A DNA stretch of 64,000 nt from Nitrospirota bacterium (lineage in GTDB: Bacteria > Nitrospirota > Thermodesulfovibrionia > Thermodesulfovibrionales > Dissulfurispiraceae), in the NCBI GenBank assembly GCA_963790025.1, contig CAWBMP010000002.1, positions 256,001 to 320,000 of the forward strand. Reading direction: 5' to 3'. This document shows positions 27,643 to 38,166 of this stretch, piece after piece. The translations under genes were made by a program, and so were the position numbers. Each line of letters opens with the position of its first letter. Position 1 is the stretch's first letter. The notes below the pieces were generated by a model. It was not told where the DNA came from. It saw only the letters and a program-made list of their open reading frames with translations, and searched no databases.

Positions 27643-29181
27643 TTATTGAACCAAAGTTGTCAAATTTAATTCCTCAGGATAAATTTTCCTGGAAAAATTA
27701 TTGTATACAACAAATTCCTCAAAAATATCTTTCTTATAATTAATGCCCAGTTTGCCCAGTCGTTTTTCCATCTCAGTAACTGCCTGTGGATACATGTCTT
27801 GCCGGACAATATAGACGGTATTCCCTTCACTCCTTACCTTTGCTGTATATTCTAATTTGCGGTCAGAAAAAGTTGGATGAAAAAGAGTAGGCGAAATTAT
27901 TACTTGTTCTTTCGATTCAAATATTAAAGGATATGCAGTCCAGTAATCTGAATAACCAAATGCAAAATTTTTCGACAGCAGCCATTCAGCCAACTGCGGG
28001 TAATGGCAGGCTTTTTTATTTAAAAGAGACTGGCTTAAATTGTATCCATTATATGATAAAATTGTGCACAAAACCATTACGTATAACAGGGTTGACCTGG
28101 CTTTGATATCTGATAATAATTTCCCGATAAATATTGGGAATACTATATAAAGTGGCAGGATGTATCTTGCTGTTCTTTCACCTACGAACGTTGCATAAAA
28201 TATTATAAAGCATATTACATAAATCATAAAAATATTCATATTTTCAATTTTTCTATTCTGTAGAGAGAAAAAAGCCTTTTTTTTGTAACTCCAGAATATA
28301 GCTGCAACAAAAATAAGTAAATTAGGCAAGCCCGCCAGGGATAAAAACATAGGTGGAATAGCTGCCAGTGAACCGGGGATAGTAGAGATCCGCCATAGAA
28401 CTCTTTCTACAATAATTTTCGTCAGGTTTGGCGACGACAGAACACTACGGTCAAGATGTAAAATCCTCCCGGAAAATCTATAAAATGCCGCTCCAGGATA
28501 TTGAATATTATATGCAATACCGGGTGAATAGCCTATAAGGAATCCAATAATAAATAAATATATATACTGGAATAAACATTTTCTGTCCTTTAGGAGAAGC
28601 ACGGTAATTAAAGTAAACAGGCAAGGTAAAATACCTGGGCTCAGCCATAGGCCAAAGCCGGAGAGAAATCCTAAAAAAAGAAAGAACCCCTTTACGTTGT
28701 GGTATTTATCATTGTTCCAACCGACTAATAAAAGGAATAAAATCGAACTGAAAAGCAAAGTCTCTGATTGAGTCCCTCCTGTAAATAACGACAGAGACAA
28801 AACGTAGGAAGGCGGGAACAGGACCACAATTGCCGACGCCAGATAGCCATGATAATCAAGTACCCTTTTGGCAAGAATATAGGTGTAAAATGCCCAGAGG
28901 CATGAAAAAAATACTCCCACACAATTATAGATGAATGATGAGATGCCGAATAGCCTGAATAGTACGGCACCGATATAGCTCGATAATGTTCCGGCGTAAT
29001 GTGCTGACCACATGTAGATTGGGAACTCCTTGAATTCAGAGATGCGTTTTGCCATTAAGCCGAACACCGCGGCATCGCCGTCAACTGTCACCGGGGGAAG
29101 GATATATAAAACGCGAATTGCAATCCCGACGGCAAATATCACAAAAAATAAAATAGTCTCTTTTCCTTTAGGTTTTGACAT
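27643..29181 (-). CDS. GT-C (ArnT/PMT-like) integral membrane glycosyltransferase
   Basis: DGDAAVFGLMA after TM1, about 11 TM helices, RYILP, YSDYW; visibly AT-rich. Confidence 0.7.
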   Translation of the reverse strand: MSKPKGKETILFFVIFAVGIAIRVLYILPPVTVDGDAAVFGLMAKRISEFKEFPIYMWSAHYAGTLSSYIGAVLFRLFGISSFIYNCVGVFFSCLWAFYTYILAKRVLDYHGYLASAIVVLFPPSYVLSLSLFTGGTQSETLLFSSILFLLLVGWNNDKYHNVKGFFLFLGFLSGFGLWLSPGILPCLFTLITVLLLKDRKCLFQYIYLFIIGFLIGYSPGIAYNIQYPGAAFYRFSGRILHLDRSVLSSPNLTKIIVERVLWRISTIPGSLAAIPPMFLSLAGLPNLLIFVAAIFWSYKKKAFFSLQNRKIENMNIFMIYVICFIIFYATFVGERTARYILPLYIVFPIFIGKLLSDIKARSTLLYVMVLCTILSYNGYNLSQSLLNKKACHYPQLAEWLLSKNFAFGYSDYWTAYPLIFESKEQVIISPTLFHPTFSDRKLEYTAKVRSEGNTVYIVRQDMYPQAVTEMEKRLGKLGINYKKDIFEEFVVYNNFSRKIYPEELNLTTLVQ

Positions 29182-29244
29182 TGTGTGAACTCCTTGTACC
29201 TGGCCCCTTTCCTGTAAGGCTCGTAATTATATGCGGTATCCTCA

Positions 29245-30408
29245 TTAGTATCTGTAGAATTCGGTGCAACGCGGGCAAACGGGAAAGTACTTGTCTCTTT
29301 TCAATCCCTCCCTGTACCTTGTTGCCCTCTCGCAATTCCACATTTGTTTAAAGCCGGTTTCTTTTAAGTTGCCAAAGGCATAATTGATGGATTGGCACGG
29401 CCTGACTGAACCGTCAGGAAACACATATGCGACCATCCAGGGGCTCATGCAGCGCTTCTTGTAGCTTTCAGGCAGAAAGTCGAACAAACCGTAATATCGC
29501 CTTACCTCGTCGTCAGTAAGGTTAGGATACACGGAGATATCGATGCCGGTACGCATGGCTTTGACTTTCTTCAGCATCTGCAGAAGTTTATCAGGGACTA
29601 TATTCGGCAGACGTTCCCGAATGAAACCGGCCCAATCGTGAGCTGAGCATGAGAACCCGTCCTGCATTTTTTTTTCGTGCCTGCAGTATATTTCCCTGCT
29701 GGTGAATATAAGATGATGGAACGTTATAGACGAGGCCCCCATCTCTTCGGCGGAGCTTAGCACTTCATCCAGCCTCTCATAATTTGTTTCGAATATAGAT
29801 GTCGATATATTCACCAGGGGAGTATTAAGCTTTTTTTGTTTCTTAAGCGACTGGATTTTCTTAAAACCCGCCATTGCCCTGTCATATGTTCCTGCAGTGC
29901 CCCGTATTTCGTCATGCACATCTCGCGGGCCATCCAGAGAAAAAATTATCTCGTCAATGCCGGCATCAATAATAGTCTCTGCATTCTCCTTTAACAGGAC
30001 GCCGTTTGTGATCATGTTGCATCTCATTTTCCTTTTTTTCACCATCCGTACCACATCGGGCCAATCCCTGTACAGCAGGGGTTCCCCCCCGAACAAGGTG
30101 ATGTTGGGCTTGAAACTCATTACCTCATCCAGGACCTTTTCAATATCGGCCGGATCAAGCTGTTTCTTCAATTCTTCAGGCGAATAACCGAGGGAGCTTC
30201 CGGCCAGGCCCCACTGGCCGCACATCTTGCACCGCAAATTGCATTTGTAGGTGAGGAACAGCGAGATAGTCTCGGGATACGCGCTCCGGCCCCTGTAGAA
30301 CCTGTAAGTGATGAACGACTTGAGCCTCTTATAAAACACACCTGCGGCATACCCCGGCTGCTTGATGGACTTCTTTATAGCGCGCAGAAGATTTCTCTTC
30401 GGGATCAT
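29245..30408 (-). CDS. Radical SAM protein with SPASM/twitch domain
   Basis: CNLRCKMC, GGEP, SLDG, C-terminal CMSPW...DGSVRPC...CPRC. Confidence 0.92.
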   Translation of the reverse strand: MIPKRNLLRAIKKSIKQPGYAAGVFYKRLKSFITYRFYRGRSAYPETISLFLTYKCNLRCKMCGQWGLAGSSLGYSPEELKKQLDPADIEKVLDEVMSFKPNITLFGGEPLLYRDWPDVVRMVKKRKMRCNMITNGVLLKENAETIIDAGIDEIIFSLDGPRDVHDEIRGTAGTYDRAMAGFKKIQSLKKQKKLNTPLVNISTSIFETNYERLDEVLSSAEEMGASSITFHHLIFTSREIYCRHEKKMQDGFSCSAHDWAGFIRERLPNIVPDKLLQMLKKVKAMRTGIDISVYPNLTDDEVRRYYGLFDFLPESYKKRCMSPWMVAYVFPDGSVRPCQSINYAFGNLKETGFKQMWNCERATRYREGLKRDKYFPVCPRCTEFYRY

Positions 30409-31553
30409 CGTCCGACAGTCCTTGCAATAGTTTCCACAACCCTGGACAGGCTTTTCACCGGTACGTAGTGGTGGACAGGTATCAGGACAAGCCTCTCCGC
30501 CATGTATTCGGCATTGGGGTATTTAGGGCCATCGCCATCACCGTATATCTTGTGTATGGGCCTGTCATAGAGAACTGTGGCCTCGACTCCTGATCTGACA
30601 ATTGCATCTATGACCGTCATGCGTTTCTCCGCATCTTCAACCAGGAACGGGAACTGGTTAAATACGACGTGATGTCCGTAAGGCATTATGGGCAGCCTGA
30701 TGCCGTCGATGCGCTTAAGGGCACCATGCAGCAGGAGGCCCTTGTCCTCTCTGTCCTTGAATATTTCTTCAGCTCTTTTCAGCAGACGGCATCCCAGCGC
30801 GGCCTGGAATTCCGTATAGCGAAAACTGTAAAAGTCTTCGTGAAGTGCAGTATACTTGAAGCCGGCAAGGGCCTGCCTGAAAATCGTGTAAAACCAGGGC
30901 CTGACTGCAAGAGAAAGCCCGCATGCCTTAACGTATAACTTTATTCTCGTTGACAGGCCCGGTATGGGAAGTTGCCGGACCTCATCGCGGATGGCTTGAG
31001 CAAGGGCGTCATTGTCCGTTACAATAAGGCCGCCTGCAACAGTCGAAAGGTTTTTGCCCCTGTTAAAACTAACAAACCCGACATCTCCGAATGTGCCCGT
31101 GAATCTGCGCTCCATGCTCGTGCCGAACGAAGAGGCTGCATCCTCAATTATAAATACACCGTCCGGCCCTCTCAATTCTCCCATGTTCACAGGTATGCCG
31201 AACATATGAACAGGCAGGACAGCAAGAGTATTACGGGTCATTGCGCCGGCTGCCTTTTCAGTATCCATATTGAACGTATCCAGAGAGATGTCGGCCAGCC
31301 TGTATTTAAGCCCCGCCTTTCTTATCGGCAGGACAAGCGAGGGCGCAGTATATGCAGGGAGAATAATATCCTCCCTGTCCGAGAGTTTTTTCAGCGCCTT
31401 TAAGATGAGATAGAATGCAGTTGTCCCTGAATTGACCGCGAGCGAATGCCTTACTTTTAGCATCTTCTTCAGTTCCTCTTCGAAATCACAGGAATTAATG
31501 GTCGCGTCCATTATGTCCCTTATCCTTATAGGTGTTCCGGCCGAAGGTATCAT
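30405..31553 (-). CDS. DegT/DnrJ-family aminotransferase (second copy)
   Basis: NSGTTA, IEDAAS, SFNRGKN; start MIPSAG overlaps the upstream stop (ATGA). Confidence 0.88.
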   Translation of the reverse strand: MIPSAGTPIRIRDIMDATINSCDFEEELKKMLKVRHSLAVNSGTTAFYLILKALKKLSDREDIILPAYTAPSLVLPIRKAGLKYRLADISLDTFNMDTEKAAGAMTRNTLAVLPVHMFGIPVNMGELRGPDGVFIIEDAASSFGTSMERRFTGTFGDVGFVSFNRGKNLSTVAGGLIVTDNDALAQAIRDEVRQLPIPGLSTRIKLYVKACGLSLAVRPWFYTIFRQALAGFKYTALHEDFYSFRYTEFQAALGCRLLKRAEEIFKDREDKGLLLHGALKRIDGIRLPIMPYGHHVVFNQFPFLVEDAEKRMTVIDAIVRSGVEATVLYDRPIHKIYGDGDGPKYPNAEYMAERLVLIPVHHYVPVKSLSRVVETIARTVGR

Positions 31554-32134
31554 TTTTGTCCGGATTCCTTTTCGAATACCATTATATAACCCCAGGCCAG
31601 GTACGAATTGCTGATGCCCACTGCTTTCTTCCGCAGGAGCCTGCACCCGACTGCTCTCATTGCCGTTTCTATCTCTTCAGGGGAATATGAGACTGTAGGG
31701 AAATCTCTCTTTCTCATATGCAGCCAATATTTCAGCCTTAAAACCTGATTCAGTTTATTTCTTATGTCTATCACAATTATCCCTTTATTATGGACAATTC
31801 TTGTCATTTCCCTGAATATCGACCCAAGCTCATCAATGGAGGGAAAGTTAATGAGAGTGTTAAGGCACACTGCGACATCAAACATCCCATCTTCGAACGG
31901 CATCGAAAATATGTCGCCCTGCACGACGTTCATCCCTGCGGATTCCGCCTTATTCAGTTGTTCCTGCGACGCATCAATGCCGATGATCTCTTTGCCGCTA
32001 TATTGTCCAATCGCATTTAACTCTCTTAAAAGGGGGCCTTTGCCGCATGCCACATCTGCAATCCTGCCATTAAACACGCTCAGGACTTTTGCAGCTGTTT
32101 TAATTGTTAATTTCGGCAGATAGTCGCGTATCAT
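31550..32134 (-). CDS. Class I SAM-dependent methyltransferase
   Basis: DVACGKG, GIDAS, GDIFSMPFEDGMFD. Confidence 0.88.
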   Translation of the reverse strand: MIRDYLPKLTIKTAAKVLSVFNGRIADVACGKGPLLRELNAIGQYSGKEIIGIDASQEQLNKAESAGMNVVQGDIFSMPFEDGMFDVAVCLNTLINFPSIDELGSIFREMTRIVHNKGIIVIDIRNKLNQVLRLKYWLHMRKRDFPTVSYSPEEIETAMRAVGCRLLRKKAVGISNSYLAWGYIMVFEKESGQK

Positions 32135-33225
32135 AGACAGTTCATCCTCCCCGGCAATAGTTGAATTACTGCTTTTCTTACTTCATCAGTTGTTATATCA
32201 TTGATACAGCTTTTGTCCTCGCAGCGATAAAGCCTGCACTCTTCCATGGGATGTTTAAAGGAAAAATACTTGCAGAGGGTATAATCGCCTTTCAGCGCAA
32301 TATATCTGCTGCTGTCCATATAAGGATGATACCTGAACAGGTTGGTCTGGCCGAAAATTGCAACAGTCGGGACATTCAAGGCAGCGGCCATGTGCATCGG
32401 TCCGGTATCGTTTGTGATAAAAATATTCATTTTCTCGAGCACCGCAGCAAGCTCCATCAGCGGTATATCTATAATTGTTCTTATCTTGTCATCAGGAAAA
32501 TGAGCGGCCATGCTTTCAACCATGGCCTCTTCCCCGCGGCCACCTGTAAGAATAACATGCGCTGACATATCCTCGATAAGCCACTTTATGATTTCTCTGA
32601 ATCTCTCTTCAGGCCACATCCTTGAGGGCCTGTATGCGCCGGGATTAACACCGGCCAGAAAACCATTACCTCCGGTGAATCCTGAGAGTTTGGCAACGGC
32701 CTTTTCCTTTTCGTCCCGTGAGGTGATAAGTTTCGGCGCAGTTTGACTGCTTTTCAGTCCGAGCAATTCGGCAACTTTTATTTTCCTTTCCACTTCGTGT
32801 TCCGATGAGGTGAGGGCATCGGTTGTCTTTTTTGTAAAGGCACATCCTCTTCCTTCGGTATCCCTGCCCACACTCTCTCGTGCATTCAAGGTTTTCAGGA
32901 ATAAAAACCGCTTCACAGCCGCCCTGTATGTTTCTATTACGCTCAGGTCCATGACGATGCCGAATCTTTGCCGGCGCAGTTCTTTTATAAGTCTTAACCA
33001 TCCTGTCAGGCTGCCTTCCTCTATCGCATCGGTCGAAATTATCTTGAAACCCCGGAATCCCTTTTCACGTAAACTCTCGATAATAGGCCTTGTCCTGGAG
33101 ACGGTAAGTACTGTTATTCTGTGGTCCTTGTAACCCGCTAAAACAGCCTCGATTGCTGGGAGCGACATTACAACATCACCTATGCCTCCCAGTTCCAAAA
33201 TGAGCATTTTTTTGTTTTCACCCAT
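32131..33225 (-). CDS. Glycosyltransferase family 9 (heptosyltransferase-like)
   Basis: GIGDVVM, NPGA..RMWP, NDTGPMHMAAA. Confidence 0.92.
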   Translation of the reverse strand: MGENKKMLILELGGIGDVVMSLPAIEAVLAGYKDHRITVLTVSRTRPIIESLREKGFRGFKIISTDAIEEGSLTGWLRLIKELRRQRFGIVMDLSVIETYRAAVKRFLFLKTLNARESVGRDTEGRGCAFTKKTTDALTSSEHEVERKIKVAELLGLKSSQTAPKLITSRDEKEKAVAKLSGFTGGNGFLAGVNPGAYRPSRMWPEERFREIIKWLIEDMSAHVILTGGRGEEAMVESMAAHFPDDKIRTIIDIPLMELAAVLEKMNIFITNDTGPMHMAAALNVPTVAIFGQTNLFRYHPYMDSSRYIALKGDYTLCKYFSFKHPMEECRLYRCEDKSCINDITTDEVRKAVIQLLPGRMNCL

Positions 33226-34381
33226 CCTGATTGCTCCGTCTGCAGCAGGTCAGTTGCCTCTTAATTGCCCCAATAACTTCATCCCCGGTAATCAATGACA
33301 TACAATCATGCTTTTCGCATTCTGCTTTATTACACGGCGAGCAGTAGGTATTTTTCCTTATCACGACATTCTTTTCTCCAAGTGGATGCCACAGGTCATA
33401 ATCAGTAGGGCCCATCATCGATACAGTCGGCACTTCCATTGCAGCCGCGAGATGGAGCGGGCCGGAGTTATTGCAGAGGAAAACATCGCATTGTTTTATA
33501 AAGGCGGCAAGCCTTTTCACCGGCTCATTCAATATCAGGGCCGGCCTGGCAATCTTTAAAGACCTCATGGTCCTTTCGATCAAATTCTCATCGCGACTGC
33601 TGCCGAATATAATTACATCAGCTGCAAGGCCCATTCTTACGAAGTCGTCAATGACACCGGCAAATCTTTCAAGGGGCCATATTTGTGAAGGGAAATACGC
33701 ACCTGGATGGACCCCGATGACAGGTTTCTTTATGTTGTTTTTTGAAAAGTAGTCCAGCGCGTATTCGATGTCATCTTTATAAGGCTCATATCGGGGTACT
33801 ATGAGAGACATATGGCAGCTGCCGCATGCTGCATTTGCCAACCCCATAATTAACTCTGCTGCATGCTTTCCTTTAAAGGCAGAAGGAAGGGGCTTTGTAT
33901 AAAATATGCCTCTGCCCTCAACGTCATATCCAATCCTTGTCTTTACACCAGCTTTATAAAGTGCATATGCAGGAAATATATCGCAATCGCATGTCAGGTC
34001 TATGCCGATATCGAACTTGTGGGATTTGAGAAGTGCAATAAATTTTCTCTTTTCCGAAAAAGACGAAGGCTGCGTAACTATCTCGTCAAAATATCGCCCT
34101 TCAACAACACCCTTATTATATTCTGTCGCGGCAAGTACTATAAAGGCATCTTTAAACCTGCTTCTAATTACTTCAAAAGCGGGAAGTGAGATAACCATAT
34201 CTCCGAGCCTTTTTTGGCCGTACACAATTATCTTTTGATACCGGCCCTGAGCTGGAATTTCAGACCTGCCGATAAAAATGCCTACGGCTTTCAGAAATGC
34301 CCTGCGCATGAAAAAATATGTTATTTTCAATTTGTTAGGCATCACTCTAACCTTTATCGGAAATTTCAACCGGCAGGGCAT
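33218..34381 (-). CDS. Glycosyltransferase family 9 (heptosyltransferase-like)
   Basis: RLGDMVI, HPGA..WP, NNSGPLHLAAA, CSPC..C..HDCM; start may be 34342. Confidence 0.92.
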   Translation of the reverse strand: MPCRLKFPIKVRVMPNKLKITYFFMRRAFLKAVGIFIGRSEIPAQGRYQKIIVYGQKRLGDMVISLPAFEVIRSRFKDAFIVLAATEYNKGVVEGRYFDEIVTQPSSFSEKRKFIALLKSHKFDIGIDLTCDCDIFPAYALYKAGVKTRIGYDVEGRGIFYTKPLPSAFKGKHAAELIMGLANAACGSCHMSLIVPRYEPYKDDIEYALDYFSKNNIKKPVIGVHPGAYFPSQIWPLERFAGVIDDFVRMGLAADVIIFGSSRDENLIERTMRSLKIARPALILNEPVKRLAAFIKQCDVFLCNNSGPLHLAAAMEVPTVSMMGPTDYDLWHPLGEKNVVIRKNTYCSPCNKAECEKHDCMSLITGDEVIGAIKRQLTCCRRSNQDG

Positions 34382-35192
34382 GTACTTCTATCGCATCGGT
34401 TATTATTCTGCCCGACAGGGAGCTGATCAATTTGGCGGCATAGTTCAAAATTCTTATACGGAGCTGGATTATCCCCATGTCAGGAGCGATCCTCCTGACT
34501 TCAAACCCTGCTTGCTCCAGCGCCAGCTTTATAGTTTTGGAAGAAAAGTGATATAAGTGAAGCTCCCTGTCTTCCGGAGTGAATAGTCTCATTTTTCTTC
34601 CCTTGACCAATCTGTACGCGACCTGAGAGAGGATGTTATCGAGGTTCGGCACAGCCAGGATAAATACCCCGCTGTCCTTCAATATGCGCCTTGCCTCCTT
34701 TAACACTGCAAGAGGATTTACGGTGTGCTCCAAAACATGCCACATGGTAACCGCATCAAACGACTTACCGGGCAATCCGAGGTCCAATAATTCTCCCTGG
34801 AAAATATTAAGACCCAGCTTTTCCCTGCCGTAACGCGCAGCAAAAGACGATTTTTCCGTTCCCGTCACAAGCCAGCCGTCCTTTCGGGCAAGCTCAAGAA
34901 AAAGACATTCACCGCAACCTATATCGAGAAGAGAGCCCTTGCTTACGAAAAACCGGTTAAGAGTTCTGAGTCTCTTTTTCCACATGCCTATCCGCTTATT
35001 TCGCTGGTCCCCGAGCCAGGGAGTATAATATTCCTCCGAATAAGCCTTTCCGAGCAATTCTTCCGCAGGGAAGGGATGTACATATACCAGATCGCAGCGT
35101 TTGCATTTCAGGATGGCATATTGTCCAGCTCGATCTATTACATCAGCCTCTCGACCTCCGCAAAGAATGCAATTATTTGTTGATGTAATCAT
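34347..35192 (-). CDS. Class I SAM methyltransferase with N-terminal zinc ribbon
   Basis: CILCG..CKRC, LLDIGCG, WHVLEH, VPN. Confidence 0.9.
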   Translation of the reverse strand: MITSTNNCILCGGREADVIDRAGQYAILKCKRCDLVYVHPFPAEELLGKAYSEEYYTPWLGDQRNKRIGMWKKRLRTLNRFFVSKGSLLDIGCGECLFLELARKDGWLVTGTEKSSFAARYGREKLGLNIFQGELLDLGLPGKSFDAVTMWHVLEHTVNPLAVLKEARRILKDSGVFILAVPNLDNILSQVAYRLVKGRKMRLFTPEDRELHLYHFSSKTIKLALEQAGFEVRRIAPDMGIIQLRIRILNYAAKLISSLSGRIITDAIEVHALPVEISDKG

Positions 35193-36074
35193 CTAACTCC
35201 TGATATTTGCCGGAGTATATTTGGGATTAATACCAAGATTGGACCGAAAACCGTCAAACAATCCCTGCACCACTGCCTTTATCCCGCCCGATGCCTTTAA
35301 TCTTTCCCGGATAACGAGCATCAGAATTACCTTCATCCCATATAAAACGGTCCTGAATACCCTGGAAGGGCATCTGTATTTCCTGAAGATATAGACCTCA
35401 TTTCTGAATGCATAATAGAGCCTGAAATTATCACCGTAGTAAAAATGTTTTTTTCCGAACATGCTATACCACCTTTTACCCCCAGGCCGTCGTTCCATAA
35501 TTTTACTTCCAGGAATCCAGAAAAAAGAGTACCCGTTTACCGACATCCTCAAGGCGTATTCGAGGTCTTCTCCATATATGAAAAATTCCTTGATAGGCAG
35601 ACCCACTTTCAGTATTGCATCAGATTTAATTAATGTGCCGCGCCATGCAAATAAGCTAAAGCTGGTTGGGACAGTGGCTACGTGGCCCTCGCCAGCCGCC
35701 CTTACCGCACCAACAGTATTATTGTCCTTTTCTAATCCGTCCAAACCCTTCAGCAGTTCCTCAAGGGCGTCCTCCGGCATGGTTACATCATCATCAAGCG
35801 TCAATATCAGATCATTGTTGTTTTCGAGCGCGATTTTAATTCCCTCATGATACCCGCCTGCACTGCCTGTATTTTCAGGCAATTTAAAATATATGACATC
35901 GGAGAATTCTTCTGTTAAAATCTTCCCGGTAGTGTCATGACTTGCGTTGTCAACCACTATGATCTCATCAGGCTTTCTGGTTTGATGTAAAAGGTCTTCC
36001 AGCAGGACCTTCAACATAGAAATGTTGTTGTAAGTTACAATTACTGCGGCCACTTTAGGATTGTGCGCCATCAA
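35193..36074 (-). CDS. Glycosyltransferase family 2
   Basis: IVTYN, VVDNAS, NTGSAGG, LDDD, YGEDLEY. Confidence 0.92.
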   Translation of the reverse strand: MMAHNPKVAAVIVTYNNISMLKVLLEDLLHQTRKPDEIIVVDNASHDTTGKILTEEFSDVIYFKLPENTGSAGGYHEGIKIALENNNDLILTLDDDVTMPEDALEELLKGLDGLEKDNNTVGAVRAAGEGHVATVPTSFSLFAWRGTLIKSDAILKVGLPIKEFFIYGEDLEYALRMSVNGYSFFWIPGSKIMERRPGGKRWYSMFGKKHFYYGDNFRLYYAFRNEVYIFRKYRCPSRVFRTVLYGMKVILMLVIRERLKASGGIKAVVQGLFDGFRSNLGINPKYTPANIRS

Positions 36075-37041
36075 CTCTTTCCTCTTTTATAATCTGTTTA
36101 TTTATGAGTTCGACCCGAAGACATTCCCCTTTTCCACGCAGGATTAAGTCCAAAAACCGGAATAAAAGGGATAGCAGCATCCGGAAAGCAAAACTCTTGA
36201 AGATTCCGGCTCTTTGAAAGCTTAACAGCAATTTATTTCTGCTCTCATTTGCATATGCTGCCAGAGAATGTGCAAAAAAATACTCCGGCGTAGCTGTCCG
36301 TATCCTTTCTATCTTAAACCCCGTTTCTTCCGCAAGCCTATGAAATGTCGCTTCTGTGTAAAAATAAAAATGAAACGGCAAGTGCAATCCGGACCAGTAC
36401 TTGCCGAAAAATCCGGAAAGATAGCTCTCGAAGTTCGGGCTATATATAAAGACGTTCCCCCCGGACTTAAGAATCCTCCTGACTTCGAGCAAGGTATCCC
36501 GGGGTGACCCAAGGTGCTCAATTACATGCCACATGATGACAGCATCAAAAAAGTTGTCTTCGAACCGTGCCTCCTGGAGTTTGCCGTTAAAAACATTGAA
36601 GCCTCCCTTCCTGCAGACTTCAACAGCATCAGGATTAATTTCCACTCCATAAGCCTCACAGCCCAGCAAATGGAGGTCATTCAAAAGATCCCCGAAGCCG
36701 CAACCAATGTCCAGAACCTTACCTTTAGCTCTTGCAAGCACCTCACTCAGATATTCACCGGTTATACGCTGGTATAACCCCCTCAGCACCGGATTTTTTT
36801 TGATAGAAGCCCTTGCTGAAGGTAAATCCGAGCTGTTATGAACAACTGAAACGTAATATTGTTCATAGAACTTTGATAGAGAGTGATTATCAGGTCTTGG
36901 ATTCAAATACAGCAGATTGCAGCAATCACATTTTACGATATTAAATACACCGGGGACTTTAAATATGTAGTCCCGTGTCTGTAATTGCGTGTGATAACTG
37001 CCGGAGCCGCATAAATCGCAGGTTACAACTTCTGTTTCCAT
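36055..37041 (-). CDS. Class I SAM methyltransferase with N-terminal zinc ribbon
   Basis: CDLCG..CDCC, VLDIGCG, WHVIEH. Confidence 0.9.
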   Translation of the reverse strand: METEVVTCDLCGSGSYHTQLQTRDYIFKVPGVFNIVKCDCCNLLYLNPRPDNHSLSKFYEQYYVSVVHNSSDLPSARASIKKNPVLRGLYQRITGEYLSEVLARAKGKVLDIGCGFGDLLNDLHLLGCEAYGVEINPDAVEVCRKGGFNVFNGKLQEARFEDNFFDAVIMWHVIEHLGSPRDTLLEVRRILKSGGNVFIYSPNFESYLSGFFGKYWSGLHLPFHFYFYTEATFHRLAEETGFKIERIRTATPEYFFAHSLAAYANESRNKLLLSFQRAGIFKSFAFRMLLSLLFRFLDLILRGKGECLRVELINKQIIKEERVDGAQS

Positions 37042-37059
37042 TCTATTCCCAATCGTGCG

Positions 37060-38166
37060 CTATCTGCTTTTGAGGATATTAAGATACAATCTCTCCATTT
37101 TAGTTACATCTTCATAAATCTGAAACATTTCTTCAACCCTTTTTCTTCCGGCCAGTCCCATCGCCTCCCGCTTTTTCCTGTCACAAATAAGCTCGTTTAT
37201 CTTACTTGCTAATCCGGCAACGTCCCTGGCAGGCACGACAAATCCGGTCATCCCATCAGCAACTGCCTCCGGATTGCCGCCTACGTCGGTAGCGATTACC
37301 GGTTTCCCTGCCGACATCGCTTCCAATATTACCCTGGGAAAGGCCTCCCCCAGTGAAGGGAATACCGCTATGTCAATATCTTTCATAATTGAAGGAACAT
37401 TCTTCCTGTATCCCGCAAAAATAATCTTATAAGAGATTTCCATATCTTTGGAGAGTGCCTTTAGCCGCTGAAGGTATGCAAATTCTCCTTCCCCTATAAG
37501 TAAAAGTCGTGCGCCCTCTATTTGCCCCATTGCGCGGACCAGGTATTCCTGTCCTTTTCCTTCTTCAATGCGGCCGACACAGGCAAGGAGAACCGTAGTA
37601 TCATCTATTCCATATTCATTTCGTACGGAAGTGGATGCAGGAAAAGCATCAAACTCTTTAAGATCAATACCGTTATGAATTGTCACTACTTTCTTTTTGT
37701 TCTTTATCCAATCAAATCTTGAATGCAGGGCCTTGGCAACAACGACGATCCTTGTTGCCAAGGGGTAGAGAAGCCTGTCTAAAACCCTTTCTCCAGTACT
37801 TGACCTGACATGCCATACAAGTGGCATTTTCATAATCCTTGCTGCTATTCCGGCATAAAAGGTCTCAGTGGTGGAATCGGTATGAATAAGAGATATACGA
37901 TTGTTTTTTATAATGGAGATGAGTTTTTTTACAACAAACAGATCCAGATGCCTGATTCTGCCAACGTTGAGAAATATTATATCAGCGCCTGCTTCTTTCA
38001 TTTTCTCTGCAAGCTCCCCCTCGCCGGGGCACATGACCAAAGGATGAAAGAGCTCTTTATTTAAATTTTTTACCATATAATATAAGCTCCACTGCCCGCC
38101 GCCGAACATATGAGTGAATGATGTTGTGTAGAGAATATTATGTCTTATTTTGCCTGCATTCAGCAT
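37060..38166 (-). CDS. Glycosyltransferase family 4
   Basis: GGGQ, NGID, EAFPRVILEAM. Confidence 0.92.
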   Translation of the reverse strand: MLNAGKIRHNILYTTSFTHMFGGGQWSLYYMVKNLNKELFHPLVMCPGEGELAEKMKEAGADIIFLNVGRIRHLDLFVVKKLISIIKNNRISLIHTDSTTETFYAGIAARIMKMPLVWHVRSSTGERVLDRLLYPLATRIVVVAKALHSRFDWIKNKKKVVTIHNGIDLKEFDAFPASTSVRNEYGIDDTTVLLACVGRIEEGKGQEYLVRAMGQIEGARLLLIGEGEFAYLQRLKALSKDMEISYKIIFAGYRKNVPSIMKDIDIAVFPSLGEAFPRVILEAMSAGKPVIATDVGGNPEAVADGMTGFVVPARDVAGLASKINELICDRKKREAMGLAGRKRVEEMFQIYEDVTKMERLYLNILKSR

